A DNA stretch of 64,000 bases, taken from assembly GCF_009914755.1 (NCBI RefSeq), contig NC_060928.1, one strand, 5' to 3'. The position numbers were made by a program, and so were the translations under genes. This document shows, in pieces, positions 37,667 to 51,900 of the stretch (positions within the stretch are counted from its first letter, which is position 1; the number at the start of each line of letters is the position of its first letter). This DNA comes from the human T2T-CHM13v2.0 reference genome, Homo sapiens. The notes below the pieces were generated by a model that saw only the letters and a program-made list of their open reading frames with translations, was not told the DNA's origin and did not search any database.

Positions 37667-38085
37667 TGATATTGTTTGGATCTGTGTCCCTATCCAAATC
37701 TCATGTTGAATTGTAAACCCCAGTGTTGGAGGTGGAGCCTGGTGGGTGGTGATTGGATCATGGAGGTGGTTTCTCGTGAATGGTTTAACACCATTCCACT
37801 CAGTGCTGTTCTCATGACGTGAGTTCGTTCTCATGAGATGTGGTTGTTTAAAAGTGTGTAGCACCTTCTCACCACTCTCTTCCTCCTGCTCTGGCCATGT
37901 GAAGTGCCAGCTCTCCCTTTGCCTTCCACCATGATTGTAAGTTTCCTGAGGCCTCCCCAGAAGCTGAGCAGATGCCAGCACCATGTTTCCTGGACAACCT
38001 GCAGAACCATGAGACAATTAAATCTCTTTATTAATTACCCAGTCTCAGGTATTCCTTTATAGCAATGCAAGAACAGACTAATACA
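37667..38085 (+). mobile_element. MSTA/MSTB MaLR solo LTR inserted in a MIR
   Basis: TGATATTGTTTGGATCTGTGTCCC...CAAATCTCATGTTGAATTGTAA...AACAGACTAATACA; MIR core sequence on both flanks. Confidence 0.85.
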
Positions 38086-40007
38086 ATACATATCTCATAA
38101 AGTTCTTGTGAGGATTAAGTGCCATAATCTATGAGCACCACTTGGAGTGCCTTCTGTTCAATAAATGTTAGCTATTAATACATTTTCATAGCATCTTTGC
38201 CATCAAATTTAAAATGAAACATTTAAAAACCTCCATGCATGTTTTGATTCTTTTATTCAATTATCAACTTATGGAATAACTTTTCTCATTTTTTGGAATG
38301 CAAAATACTAAACAGAAAAGATAAGACATTACCTTTCTGTAGCAAGCATTAAAAGCTCTTGTAATTTCTCTCAAACAGGTATTCTTAAATCTGGGCTGAA
38401 AGATTTAATATCTTCAAACCATCCAAATTGCACTTACTCAGTGTGTAACAGTAAGGGAAGGTTTAGCTGACTTTATTATCTGCTTAAAACAGATAGGATA
38501 CTAAGAATGTATAGATATGGTGCCTTTGGAGAGCAAATTCAGGTATGATCACTAAAGATACTAATACAGGATTTGCTAGACACTTATTTGCTGAAGAGGC
38601 TCAGCAATTTATCCTGTGAAATATCCCAAGTTTCGGATTTTGTGTTAAATCCTCTTTCTGGTGTCATTTACTTTGTGCCTTCACCCCTGTGATGGCTATA
38701 ATATAGAATTTAAATCAGAAGCCTTGAATCCTTGGTTAGAAGCCATCACTGATAATGTCTTTTCTTTTTGCATCACCTCAGGAGACACCTAATTCTGCCA
38801 AGACAATAAAAGTAGTGGTAGACTGACCCTAGAGAAATAATGGTAAACAAGACAAAAAAGATCATGCTGTCATGGAAGTTGCATTACAGTGGAATAGAGG
38901 CATGATCAACAAGTAAGTAAATAAATAAGTATAATAATTCAAAATACTGATAAAGTTATAAATAAGAAAAAAAACAAAGAAATTAGTGAGTGAGATAGAG
39001 TGCTCAAGGTGAGGTTTTCCAGGAAAGCCTCTTTGAAGAGGTAACATTTGAGCACACCGTGAAAGATTAGAAAAAAACAGCAGAGGGAAAACCTGGGAAA
39101 GGGGACTTCAAGGACAGTGGAAATAATTTTCCACAGTGGCATAAGTAAATCTAATGTGTTTGAGGCGGGGAAAAAAGAAGACTTTTGACTGAAGAGTTAG
39201 TCATCTGGGGAAATCTAGTTCCTGCAATGTGGTAGACCAGATATTGTAACTCCCTGTGCCACCAAACCCATAGAAATGATGAAAAGAAATTGTATATTTA
39301 CTTTTAAATGTATAGCTGAGCTTACAATAAAGTAAGCCAAGCTCCTACTTGCCAAAAATGAAGAAGGCAAAATAAAATGGTAAGGTCAATTTGAAGATGG
39401 TGGAGGAAAGAATATTGCCAGCCTTGGTAATCATGGAAATGGGTTATAATAACCATAAAAGAATATGAAATGAGGCCATGAGCCTAATGGAGTCAGGGAG
39501 TGAAAACTGAGATTCCTGCTGGAGGACTAGAAAATTTCCCCATCAGCACAAGGATATTCTTCCAAAATATAACTTTCATGAGAGCAGAGACTTTGCCTGT
39601 TTCTTATGACATCCCTAGTCTTTAGCACAGTAACTTAGTAAGCTTTTATTGCATAAATGAATGTCTTGGCTTGGGCTCTAAGTAAAGAGGAAAATGTCTT
39701 CCCTATGAGTTTGTAACCATGCCTCCCCTCACATAAATTTGGGGGCTTATAATTGAAATAGGTAATATATGTGAGGTTTGCCAACCTCTAAGTGAGAAAT
39801 TAACATAAAAAGTGCTCTGAAATTGGGATATCCTGGGAAGCCTAGAAGTAGCAAAAGGACAAATTATCAACCAAGATTTTCTACAGGAGAAACACATACA
39901 TATTAAAAATAAGCTTAGAACCTAAAATTATAAAAACACATTGGGAAACTATCAGGTACAAAGAGGCACTTCAGTCATCTTTGCTTCATGATGCATCATA
40001 TGAGAAA

Positions 40008-41242
40008 ACAAAAATGTCTTGAAATTGATGAGAAAGTGATATATCAGCCATTTAATCCATACCTAATGTACTGAGAGTTCTGGTAATTTAACCATGTCAA
40101 TGCAGTCTTTTTAACCATGTCAATGCACTCTACATTATTTACCGAAGAAAAATGATTGCCCTTTAAAGATTTTTTTAAAAAAAGACTAAGAAACAAAAAC
40201 AGGTTAAAAGGAGCCAAATCAGGACTATAAGGTGGATGCCTATTGATTTCCCATTGAAACTGTCACAAATTTCCTCTTGTTTGATGAGATGAATGAGCAG
40301 GAGCATTGTCATGGTAGAGAAGGACTCTTTGGTGGAGCTTTCCCAGGCATTTTTCTACTAAAGCTCTGGCTAACTTTCTCAGAACACTCTCATAATAAGC
40401 AGATGTGATCGTTTTTTGGCCTTCCAGCAAGTCAGCAAACAAAGTGCCTTGGGCATCCCAAAACACTGTTGCCATGACCCTTGCTTTTGACTGGTCTGCT
40501 TTTGCTTTGACTGGACCACTCCACCTCTTGGTAGCCATTGCTTTGATTGTGCTTTGTCTTCAGGATCATACTGGTAAAGCTATGTTTCATCTCTTGTTAC
40601 TATTCTTTGAGAAATGCTACAGGATCTTGATCCCAGTTGTTTAAAATATTCATGGAAAGCTCCACTCTTGTCTGCAGTTGATCTGGGTGCCATGGTTTTG
40701 GCACCAATTGAGTGGAAGGTGCTCAACTTTGATTTTTTAGTCAGGATTGTGTAAGCTGAACTAATTGAGATGTCTGTGGTGTTGGCTATTGTCCAAGCTA
40801 TTAAATGTTGGTTAGTTAGGGCATGAAGAAGATAAATTTTTTCCTTACAAATTGATGTGGATGAATTTGCCACTGCAGGATTTATCTTCAGCATCTCATC
40901 CTTTCCTAAAACAAGTTATCCATTTGTAAACTGCTAATTTCTTTAAGGCATTGTCCCCATAAACTTCTTGTAAAGCATCAGTGATTTCATCATTCTTCCA
41001 CCTGAGCTTCACCATAAATTTGATATTTGTTCCTGCTTCAACTTTAGCAGAATTCATTTTGCTCTTAAAAGGGCTTTTTTCAAACCAATTGCTTATTCTT
41101 CTTAGTACCTCAAATGAGATCCTGTTCAGACATGTTACAAAAAGTTAGCACAAGTGTATTTTGGTGCAAAAACATTTTTGAAATTCACGCATAGTTTTTT
41201 TATAATATGCATTTTCCATAAACCTTTTGAAGACCACTTGTA
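40008..41242 (-). mobile_element. HSMAR2 mariner DNA transposon relic (defective transposase; 3' TIR missing)
   Basis: Minus ORFs give GPVKAKAD...VMATVFWDAQG...SAYYESVLRKL...LLYHDNAPAHSSHQTR. 5' TIR-like TA-CAAGTGGTCTTCAAAAGGTTTATGGAAAATGC at 41242-41209. Confidence 0.9.
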
Positions 41243-43379
41243 GTAGTGATTTTTAAAACATGTAACTTCTCTGCTTAAATTATACCTTGTATTTCTAAGG
41301 CTATGGTTAGTCTGTGAAGAATGTACAAAGTCCACTTAAAACAGACAGATTAGTTATTGTTTAAAAACTGGGGAAATTCAACATACAATGGATGAAATCT
41401 GATAGCTATATAAGTAAATTCACCCTAAGCAATACTAAATAAATGGGTGGTTTAATTGAGAAACACTAAAATTCAAATCAAGACATAAACTTTAGCAAAA
41501 AACACTAGAAAAATGTAAAATGCTATTAATAAAACCCCATATAGAAAATATTACAGAGAGAATGGCATTTCAGGAAACCTTCAGACCTATCGTGGAGGTA
41601 GGCCACAGGGACCCAGACAGAGACAGTTTAGCATCAGTATTTCAAATCACCTTGGACTATACCTAAATAAGTCTGGGGGAAACTGTACAGTAGGCCTTAC
41701 GTATTATAATTTGAGGGAGATTGCCCTTCTCTTCTGTATTAGCACTCTGTTATATTTTTATGGGAAATTGGTGCTTATCGATGGAGGAAACACTGAATTA
41801 ATCAGCATCCAAGAGGCACTTCAGTCATCTTTGTTTCCTGATGCGTGAAGAACAGTAGGAAACAATGAGATAAGAGACTAGGTAAGGCAATAATACTAGT
41901 AAATTGAATGTTTCCCATGCATACTTTTTGCCCCCATACAAGGCTTAATTTACGGAAAATGATGAACAGCAAAGCCTTGTTATGATCCTGATCCAATTTG
42001 CTTTTGACAGATTATACATCTTTGAAAAAAATGTGATCAGTGCCACCAAGGTCACAATACTCACCAAATGTCATCAAGGTCAGCAGAAATACAGATTATT
42101 CCACTATATCTTCACTACTTGAGGTCATTTTGGCAATCCCCAAAGAGATCAGAAGTCTGAAAAATAGGTGTCTATTCCTTGCCTGGGAGCACTCCTGCTA
42201 TGTCCAGCAAACAACAGGCACTTGATAAGTATTTGTTACCTGACTTAATGACTTCTTTCACTTTGATTTACCTTCAGAGAAAAAAGGACTTAAATGATTT
42301 CTTGAAACTGAAATGAAAATGAGTATCAGTAAAAGCGGTAAGACATGAGTACAGACACATGTGGGTTTACTCACCTTATCTCAAAGTTGCAATCGCATAT
42401 GGCTTTCCTGTGACTTTTTCTATCCCATCACACGTGTTGCTACACCCATTTTTCTGTCAACCCTTGAGTATCCCTGCCTCCTTTCTCTGCACTCAAGACA
42501 CACACAGTCATATATCTCACCCTAATAATACGCTAAATGTTTCTTTCTTAAACTTTGGTCACAGAGGGGTCAAGATTCCTTTTTTTTATATCCAGCTCCT
42601 TTTCCCAGCAATAGGTTAAACTTGCTACCCTATAGTCTGCCCAGGACTTGATTACATATTAGCCTATTTAAAAGTCTGCTTCCAGAATTCCCCTGCATAA
42701 AGTCTTCTTTTGGGGTGGACATAGTCTCAGTTCAGAGTCTCTGAGCTGTTTCTCTTTTTTTTTGCCTTTTATAGTCTCTCACTAAATCTCTCTTATTATT
42801 GCCTGTTCAATAATCTTCTGTTTTCTCCACCTACTCTTTTTCTAAAAACTTTTTGGTTTCTTTACAATTAAGGATTCATGACCTTATATCCCACCCCAAG
42901 TAGTGTGCACATCTTGTTTATACACTATTTATACTAACATCAGGACAAAATTTAGCACATTTAAAATCAAATGACATATTTGTTTTTAGTTTACTTTTGG
43001 TTGCTGTGAGTTACTCCTAATCCACACATATACTGCCACAAAAAAAGAAAGGAAATGGCTGTGCAAATAATGCCTGCAAAATGAGCCATTTGGCTTCAAG
43101 ATTATAGCCAAATTATGCGACAGCTTGCAATAGTGAATTAGATGAGAAATTGTTTTCAGTATTTACAACATTTTGTAGCAAAAGAAAAAGATGTTTAGTT
43201 CTAGATTTGCAGCGAAGCCACTGAAGCCCGTTTCACAATCATTTACACTTTTTGGATCTCAGTTTCCAAAAATGCTAAAACTGAGTTCAACAGTCACTGG
43301 CTTTGAGTACTTTCTTATGGAATCAACCACTTAGAGACTACAGAAAAGACAAGATGTAAGTTACCCTTTTATGAAGGAA

Positions 43380-43620
43380 ATGTGCTTTCATAGGAACGGC
43401 ACAGGTTTTAGAGCCTAACTTCCCAGGGCTAGATCTCCTTTATACCCTCTACCAGATGATCTAGAGTGAAGTTACTTAACTTCTTTCAGTCTTGATTCTG
43501 CATCTGTAAGACAGTAATAATAATATTTGCTTCACAGAATTTTTCTGAGGATTGCCTGAACAATCCTAAGAATATATAAATAGCACGACACAGTAAGGTG
43601 CTCAAATAAATGGTAGTTAT
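43380..43620 (+). mobile_element. MIR
   Basis: MIR core AAGTTACTTAACTTCTTTCAGTCTTGATTCTGCATCTGTAA; ends AAATGGTAGTTAT. Confidence 0.65.
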
Positions 43621-46306
43621 TCTTAAAGCTGTTGTTCTACTTATTGATTTAAAGAAGGGACAGTATTTTGACTTGGTGACTTGAAGGAGGATCCAGTGCT
43701 ATAAAAAATTTAGTGTCTGCTAGATTATTTTAAAATGTCAAACACAGAGTGTTTAAAGGGAAAGGGAAAATTCCCCTCACTTTCCTTCCAGTTCCAGTGT
43801 CCATGTACACATCTGTTCAAATTTTTTCTATATGTGAAATAAAAGTACATAAATATAATTGATTTTATCAAAAACAGCTCATGTTACATATGCTGTTAGA
43901 TAAAAATATTTGGGTGGTAAGTGGAAAGGAACAATAAATATTTTCTTGGTTCAATAAGAAAATATTAGGTCTGAAGGAAAAAAATTAGCTGTGACCAAAG
44001 TGGAAAGAAGGCATCTGCATGCCACTGCAATTCTTTTTACAGAAATTCTCTAGGTGTTAATTTTATTAGACATTAATCACAATATTTTAAAATAAATAAT
44101 TAAAGCTTTACTGGTAAAATCATTACTTAAATATTCATGTTGGTTGGGTGAAATAAAATCACATATACATTGCCTAATTTGCATGAAGTTTGATGGGTGT
44201 GTAGATCACAAATGAATAAGAATGTAACTCTCTCCTGGATGCTACTAGATCTTTTTCTGCAGAGCTACTTACTTGCAGCAGCCTAAGGAGGTTTTGCAAA
44301 CACAGAGGATGGTTGGAAAAGGATACAGATTCTCCACAGTTATTTGTTACTCCAAGTGCAAACTGACCTAGTTATGGTTACCATGGATACTATAATTTTG
44401 AATTTAATCATATTCTGAAAAGGAGTAGCAATACAGCTCTATGAAACACTGAGATCAATCTGAAGCTCAGCCTTAAAAGGTGAAGAAACTGAGTCAGGGA
44501 GGGTAAGTGGTTTATCCTATATCAAGAGAGAAATTGGAAGATTCACAGAAAAATCTCAAATTTTATAAAGCTAAGTTCTATGATTAGTTCAGTAGCCAAT
44601 GTACTTTTCAAAGTCACTCAAGCCATAAAAAATGCTTCTTAGCTTAATTGATTTACATGAGACTTTGCTGCACTTATTAAAAATACACTTTTTCTCCTAG
44701 TCATCTATAACTACTGTTTTTCAACTTGAAGTTAAAAAAGCACAAATATATATTTGGAGTCAATATACCAAGCTGTCATGACGAACAGGTTTCTGCACAA
44801 ATGAAAACCAAGTGAAATAAAAATGAAAATGCCTGGGAAGTGGAAGAACAAAGGATCATTTGTTTTAACTTGAGCTTCTAGGATCATTTGATGGCCATAT
44901 TTTATGAGTCTGCAACATATAATCCTGCATATAAAACATGATATTACTATAACATGTACATTTAAACATTCAACCATAATATTAAGATTTTCTTTTAAAT
45001 AAATATTTCTGAATTCAAATACTTAGAATAAAAGAAACAGGAAGCTGGCTGCTTATAATTAAAATAAAATTTACCTGTAGTTCTGTCTCAAAAGTGATCT
45101 AAAATCAAGTAGGTGCAAATTTTAGGACATAAAGATGAGAGAAATTATACAGAAGGAGCAAAAGAATTAATTCTGAATTCTCCCTGGAAAATAAGAATAG
45201 TTCATCTCCTGTATTGGTTGCTTTAATACAAGTTGCTGTTCTGCTGAGTAACTCTTAAATGGATTCTCTAAGATCATAAACTATTGGAAATTGAAGCCAG
45301 TGATCTGACTTAGACCCTGGCAACATTATATAAGCAGTTTTCAAAGATTCCAGTGGTATCTTTTCTTGCTTATGTAGCTGGTTTTGATCATAGCCAGGCC
45401 ACCTCATGCACTTGCAAAGATTCTTCCCCTTCCCTATATAAATTTCCCCCCAACAACCTTGAAAATCTTGTAATGGATGATTCATTACAGCTGAGACAAA
45501 GGCCCAAGTACTATCATATGTCATTGCTAAAATTACTTCAGTCAAGAGGATGAAAACATTAGAAGGTTTACCTCCTTTCAATCCTCAGCTCCCATCCATT
45601 GTTGGCTGACAGGATTATTATGCTGCTGCTTGGTCAGTGCATTAGCAGAAATTGTTGCTTTCAGGAAGCACAGCAGTGAATATAAAAACAGAGCTACAAG
45701 ATAGCAGGGCCAGTATGAACAATTTATAGTTGAATAGAGAGCTCTCAAAGCTGGCTTTATGGTCGTCTCACAAATACATTAATGATCTCATCTTTGAGGA
45801 AATAATATTCCCTGAATTTCTCTTTGCTTCCAAATCTATATTTTTTCTTTCCAGGAGAGAGGGTACTGATCATAGAGAGGGGAAAAAAAATTAGCAGCTT
45901 GCATCTAAGCCTCTCCCCATACATTGGTAGGCTGCACATGATCTTAAGCTGCTATGCCTGACTTCCAACAACAGCAAACATTTATTGATCTCATATTGCT
46001 AGTCATGATAAGAGTTTCAAAGGCAAATTCCTTGAAGAACTCATAATGTAACTAGAGTCACATAATGTACAGAGCTCCCTCTACTATGATGGAGGTATGC
46101 TGATTTGTGATTTCAGAAGAGGGAGGGAGTGATTGTGCTCAAGGAGCAGGAGGGAAATGTCACAGAGGAGGGGACATTAAGTTGTATCATGAAAGGTGTG
46201 TCATATTTCATGAGGATAGAGAAGGCAATTTCATGTATAATAAACAGCTTAAACAAAATCAATCCCCAAAGAAAATAGAATACATGGTATGTAATGACTA
46301 TGTGAG

Positions 46307-46662
46307 TGTATTAATCAGGGTTCTCTAGAGGGACAGAACTAATAGGAGATATATATATATATACATAGCTCATATATATATGAGTTCGACGTTCAAGGGC
46401 AGGAAGTACCCAGCATGGCAGAAAGATGTAGGCTGGGAGGCTAGGCCAGTCTTGCCTTTTCACGTTTTTCTGCCTGCTTTATATTCTAGCTGCGCTAGCA
46501 GCTGATCAGGTGGTGCCCACCCAGACTAAGTGTGGGTCTACCTTTCCCAGCCCCTAGACTAAAACATTAATCTCCTTTAGCCACACCCTCACAGACACAC
46601 CCAGGATCAATACCTTTGTATCCTCAATCCAATCAAGTTGACATTCAGTATTAACCATCACA
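46307..46662 (-). mobile_element. MLT2A-type ERVL LTR (internally deleted)
   Basis: TGTATTAATCAGGGTTCTCTAGAGGGACAGAACTAATAGG ... CAATCCAATCAAGTTGACA...TTAACCATCACA; 5-bp TSD GTGAG. Confidence 0.85.
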
Positions 46663-47223
46663 GTGAGTCAGAATGCATTTTTCCAAATAGCCACAGCAAT
46701 TTCTCCCATTCCATATGCTCTTCTTATAATGTGACTTTGATACTCCTCTCATTGAGAAGAGAGATTCTGTGCTCATTGAGAAAGTAGGCTTTGCAACAAC
46801 AGTGGAAGTAATGCTATGTGACTTCATAGAATAGGTCATAAAGATGATAGATTTTCTGCCTGGCTCTCATAGGAAAACCCTTTGGAAACTTGAGCTACCA
46901 TATCAATGTCTGACTTCCCTCAAGCTGCTATGCAGGGAAAGAAACCCAAACTAGGTCCCATGGAGAGATCAAAAGGAAAGGCCCTGAAACTATCAAGAGA
47001 GGAGGATGCCTGATCAACCCATAGCTGTCCTAGCTACTTGCCATTTTAGCTTCAGCCAATATCTGCCAACAACCACATGAAAGATCTGAGTTAGAACTAC
47101 TTAGCTGAGCCTTTCCCAAATTCCTGGCCCACAGAAACTGTGAGAGCTAATACAATGATAAGCATTGTTTTAAGCAACTAAGTGCTGGAAGTGATTTGTT
47201 ATTCAGCAATTAAAACTAGAACA
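46663..47223 (+). mobile_element. MLT1G/H-type MaLR LTR
   Basis: CTTAGCTGAGCCTTTCCCAAATTCCTGGCCCACAGAAACTGTGAGA...TTTTAAGCAACTAAG...CTAGAACA. Confidence 0.7.
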
Positions 47224-47831
47224 GTAAGCAACTGGAAATGAAATTAGACAGTCTAATTGAGGCCTACATAATATTTGGATTTTCTCCTACATGAATGGGA
47301 AACAATCCAATAAGCTTTTTTAATCTGAAGAATGACACGATCCAATTTATAGTTTAAAAGGACACTCAAGAGACATTAGGCAAGATGAACAGGAGTAGAG
47401 AGACACTGGAGACAAGGAGAATGCTTGCAGGAATTCTCAAAGTTGAACTGTGCATAAAAATCACTTGAGGTGTCATAAAATTTCACATCCCTTGAACTCA
47501 TCCCAAAAAATAAAGGAAAGGTAATGAGGAATTGTTTCTACATACCTTTAGTGGAGAAAAGTACATTTGTTGTATGCTTGCTGTATGTCGGGCAGTTTGC
47601 TAGGCACTTGGTATACAGCAGAGTGGCTAAGATCACAGACTTTCCTGTAAGAGGGGCCTGAATTTGAGTTACTCCATCATTTACTAGCTATTTGATCTTG
47701 GGAAAATTATTTAACTTCCCTGAAACTGTTCCCATATTTTAAAAATATAAATATTATCCTACCTTTCTCACTATTTTACTTAGGTATAATCCTTACATAT
47801 AGTAATTGCCCAATAATAATAAATGACTGCA

Positions 47832-48312
47832 TAAAAACACATGCACACATATGTTCATTGCAGCACTATTCACAATAGCAAAGACATGGAATCAACCTAG
47901 ATGCCCATCAGTGGTAGATTGGAGAAAGTAAATGAGGTACATATGCACCATGGAATACTATGCAGCCACAAAGAAAAGAATGAGATTATGTCCTTTGCAG
48001 CAATATGGATGCGGCTGGAGGCCATATTCCTAAGTGAACTAACACAGAAACAGAAACCAAATACTGCATGTTCTTACTTATAAGTGAGAGTTAAACACTG
48101 AGTACACATGGATGCAAAGAAGGGAACAGCAGGCACTGGGGCCTAGTTGAGTGTTTTGGATGGGAGGAGGGTGAGGATTGAAAAACTACCTCTAGGGTAC
48201 TATGCTTATAACCTGGGTGATGAAATAATCTGTACATCAAACCCACATAACATGCAATTTACCTATAAAACAAACCTGCTCATGTACCTCCTGAAACTAA
48301 AATAAGAGAAAT
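47832..48312 (+). mobile_element. L1PA15/16-like 3' end
   Basis: ORF2 end plus 3' UTR; 20-bp TSD AATAATAATAAATGA(C/T)TGCA. Confidence 0.88.
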
Positions 48313-50860
48313 AATAATAATAAATGATTGCAAATGTTCTCAGCAGTGTTATTCCCACGTTTCAATGTTCTTATCTCCTTTAGCAAAATTCCTTCTATTC
48401 CTGCTTTTTCCTCTACATATTACCAAAACTCCTTTGGAAAAACTTATAAATAATCAACATTGTGTCAAATTAAAAGGAATTATTTTCATTTCATTTGGTT
48501 TCCTGGCAGGCTATCCTTTCATTTTGGAAAAACTTGCTTCTAGACTTCTATGATGCCACATTCCACTGTTTTTCTCCTACCTCAATGGTTGCTCTCCTAC
48601 TTTCTTTGATGCATTTTCCTCCAAAACCATTCTAAACTCAGAGTCCTTCAGGGTTTGATTTTGATCCTTTTCCTCTTCACATATTTTCTTCTTAAATGAC
48701 CTCATCAATCTATGACTTAACATAACATGTATATTTTGATGACTCCAGTTTTTATCTAAAATCTAAATAGTGACTCTAAATTCATAAATCTGAAGGCTAC
48801 TTGACATTTCTCTTTTATCTCTTATAAGCATCTTAACACTAATGTATCCTAAATTGAATTCTTGATAATCTCACCAAACTTACTCTTCCTCTGTGCTTTT
48901 TCCCTCCTATAATAGTGCACAGCACAAAATATCTTCCCAGTTATTCAATCTTAAAACCTAGAATTCATCTTTCATTCAATTTTTTACTCATCCACTTAAA
49001 TCAAATCATCTACAGGTTGTGTCAGTTCAACTCTTAAAAGGTATTTCGAATTCATCAACTTTTCTTCATTCCTATTCCTACTATTGTAGTCCAAGCATTT
49101 CTTGCCTGGACTGCTACAATAAGCTCCTAACTTTTTCTCTTTCCTTCCTCCAATTTAGTTTATTCATGACATCATTCAAGAGATGTGACTTCTGTTTTGG
49201 AATTATGAGTGTTATAATCTAGAATCACCTTGGATTATTTCAGAATCCTGAGATCACATAATGCTAGACGTGAAGAGATTTATGTATCAAGTAATCCACA
49301 TCCAACATTAATAAGAATAGTTTAGGTTATGCTAAGTCTAGGTAATAAAAAAAGCCCCAAATCTCAGTAGACTAAAGCAACAAAGGATTCTTTCATGATC
49401 AAACTATACAATCATCATGGGGTGTCTGGGGGTTTTGTTCTGAGTCATCTACATTCCAGGACTCATCCTGATGGAGCAGCCACTGCCTGGAATCTTGCCA
49501 GTACCAAGAATGACAGAAAAACAGCTATAGCAAAAACACCCACTGTGTTTTTAAAACATTCGCTAAAAGTGACATCCTTCACATTCAATCAATTTCTTTG
49601 GCCAAGGCAAGTTGCTTGGCCAAGTCTAAATCAAAAAGGTGTAGGGAAGTGAAATACCTCCATGTGCCTAAAGAGAGAACTGAAAATATTCAGTGAATAG
49701 CACTAATGATGAATTCTCCCTTATATTTTACAAATGAAGAAATTGGGACCTAGGGAGACTATGTGAACCGTAAGATCAAGAAGCTGATTTACATCACAGT
49801 CAAGACTAAAACTGAGTCTTGAACTCACTGTCCAGTGCTTTTCCTAATAATGAACCGGGAATTGTTTGTTCCTTATTCAAGCAAAATACATTTAAATGTC
49901 TTAATATCAATATTTTATTTATTTAAGTAATATCAACCTTCTGTATTAAAACATTTTTATACCTTTGCTTAGAGGCCTTGCTTCTCCAGTCTCATTGATG
50001 CTCTAGAAAGATGCCCCAGTGTTAAAGCACTCAAAATCTCTTTGACCTGGCTGTTCTCATTTCTAGCAAAACTAAGTCATTAAGTCATGTTTTATGCTAG
50101 GGATTCTAAACACACTGGCTTAAGAAATGTCAAGGAGATAAGCAAGAGAACTGTGAATCTGTATGTAAATTAAGCACCATCTGTTAAATCCACTAGAACT
50201 GTATTCGCAACAAGAACTCCAATTAACAATAGCTTAGGGAGGGGAGATTTATTTGACCCTCATAACAAGTCTAAAGGTGAATGACTACTGATGTTGGTTC
50301 CATAGGTCAATGGTATCAGAGCCCATGGATCTCTTGGTCTTTTCTCATGGACACAGGAGGGCTGTGACTGCTCCGTGCATTACCCCTGTGATCAGTCTAG
50401 AAGAAGGGGGAAGGTTGAAGCCAGATGAGACTGCCCCTTTTATTGGAGAACCAAAAGCTTTCCCAGGATCAATAATCCACCCCTTATTCTTTCAGACTAT
50501 TATAAAGGTCCTATTTGCCAGGACCGGGGTTACATGGCCAACCCTAAGAGAAAGGGAGATAGAAAAAAAATAGGAAAAAAGATTATCGTTGATTGGCTAA
50601 GACTAATGCTGCCTTGAACAAGAGAAGGGTTCTGTTGGCAAAGAATAGCATGGGGGTAGGAGGCGGTAAAAATGAAGACCAAGTAAGCAACCAACAGTGT
50701 CTGCCTGATTCCCTGATTGAATAGAAGATTGTTCTGAGAGAATTTATCTATCATTCTTAAATTTTACATTCAAAATAATGTGAATAAATAAAATATGTAT
50801 TTACCACTGAACTCATAGTAGCTATGTTATGTATCTTAATAACTGGTGAAAATAAAAAAC

Positions 50861-51201
50861 ATAGTCAGGTGCTGTATAATGATGTTTCAGTCAAAGATGG
50901 ACTACATATACAATAGTGGTCTCATAATATTATAATACCATACTTTTACTGTACTTTTCTATGTTTAAATACGTTTAGAGATACAAATACTTACCATTGC
51001 ATTACAATAGCCTATGGTACTCAGTACAGTAACAGGTTTATAGCCCAGGAGCAATAGGCGGTACCATATAGCCTAGACATGTAGTAGGCTATACCATTTA
51101 GGTGTGCGTAAATACATTTCATGATGTTCACACAATGACAAAATTGCCTAATAATGCTTTCCTCAGAATGTATCCTTGTTGTTAAACAATACAGGATGGT
51201 A
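50861..51201. mobile_element. Tigger3a (MER7A)
   Basis: GATACAAATACTTACCATTG, CCATATAGCCTAG, GTAGTAGGCTATACCAT, CTCAGAATGTATCC motifs. Confidence 0.8.
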
Positions 51202-51327
51202 TAATGAAGCTACGTTTAAAGAAAATATATTCCATAATGTTCACACAATGACAAAATTGTCTAATGATGCTTTTCTTAGAATGTATCCTTGTTGTTAAAC
51301 AATACAGGGTTGTATAATGAAGCTATT

Positions 51328-51900
51328 ACAATAAGTTCTGCTATAACACTTGTTTTGAAAATACAAATTTGTTCCAACAAGATTGACATGTTAGGGAATT
51401 GTTTGAACATAACACAATTTCGCATTTGTTTGTGTGTGATTTTGTCTACTTGAAACACTAGTCGAATGCAGAAAACTACCCAGATGACCTGAGCCACATA
51501 AGAATACACAAAACTCACACAGGTACAATCCTCAAACCTTACCAGTGACCTCAGTTCACTGCCTGAGTTATGAGCCACACCCATCCACATCTGGTGTAAT
51601 AAATTTCCCCCGATTTCAAATAATGCTTCTTCTGCCATTTCACAACCCTTAAGCTGTGACCTTTCTGAGGCCCATTTCCACAAGCAAATGCCGTGTCTTT
51701 TTCAAGATAAAGGGTTATATTTGCTGTAGTATTTATGCATTTCTTAAGCATTTATCATGTGTAAATTCTTGCTACCATTTTTATTAGGTCTTGATCTGAT
51801 TTTTATGGTCCATTGACAAAGTTTCTGAGTGCTCTGTCCTAAACCTCATGTTACCCATTAAGTCCTGTAGTTTTAATTGAACTTTTTTTTTCAGTGATAT
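51328..51900. mobile_element. MER82 (TcMar-Tigger)
   Basis: CTGCTATAACACTTGTTTTGAAAATACAAATTTGTTCCAAC...TTAGGGAA start. Confidence 0.7.

Noticed and set aside
40263-40894. Domesticated transposase gene
   Set aside because: The HSMAR2 frame is broken by stops and frameshifts; there is no intact ORF.
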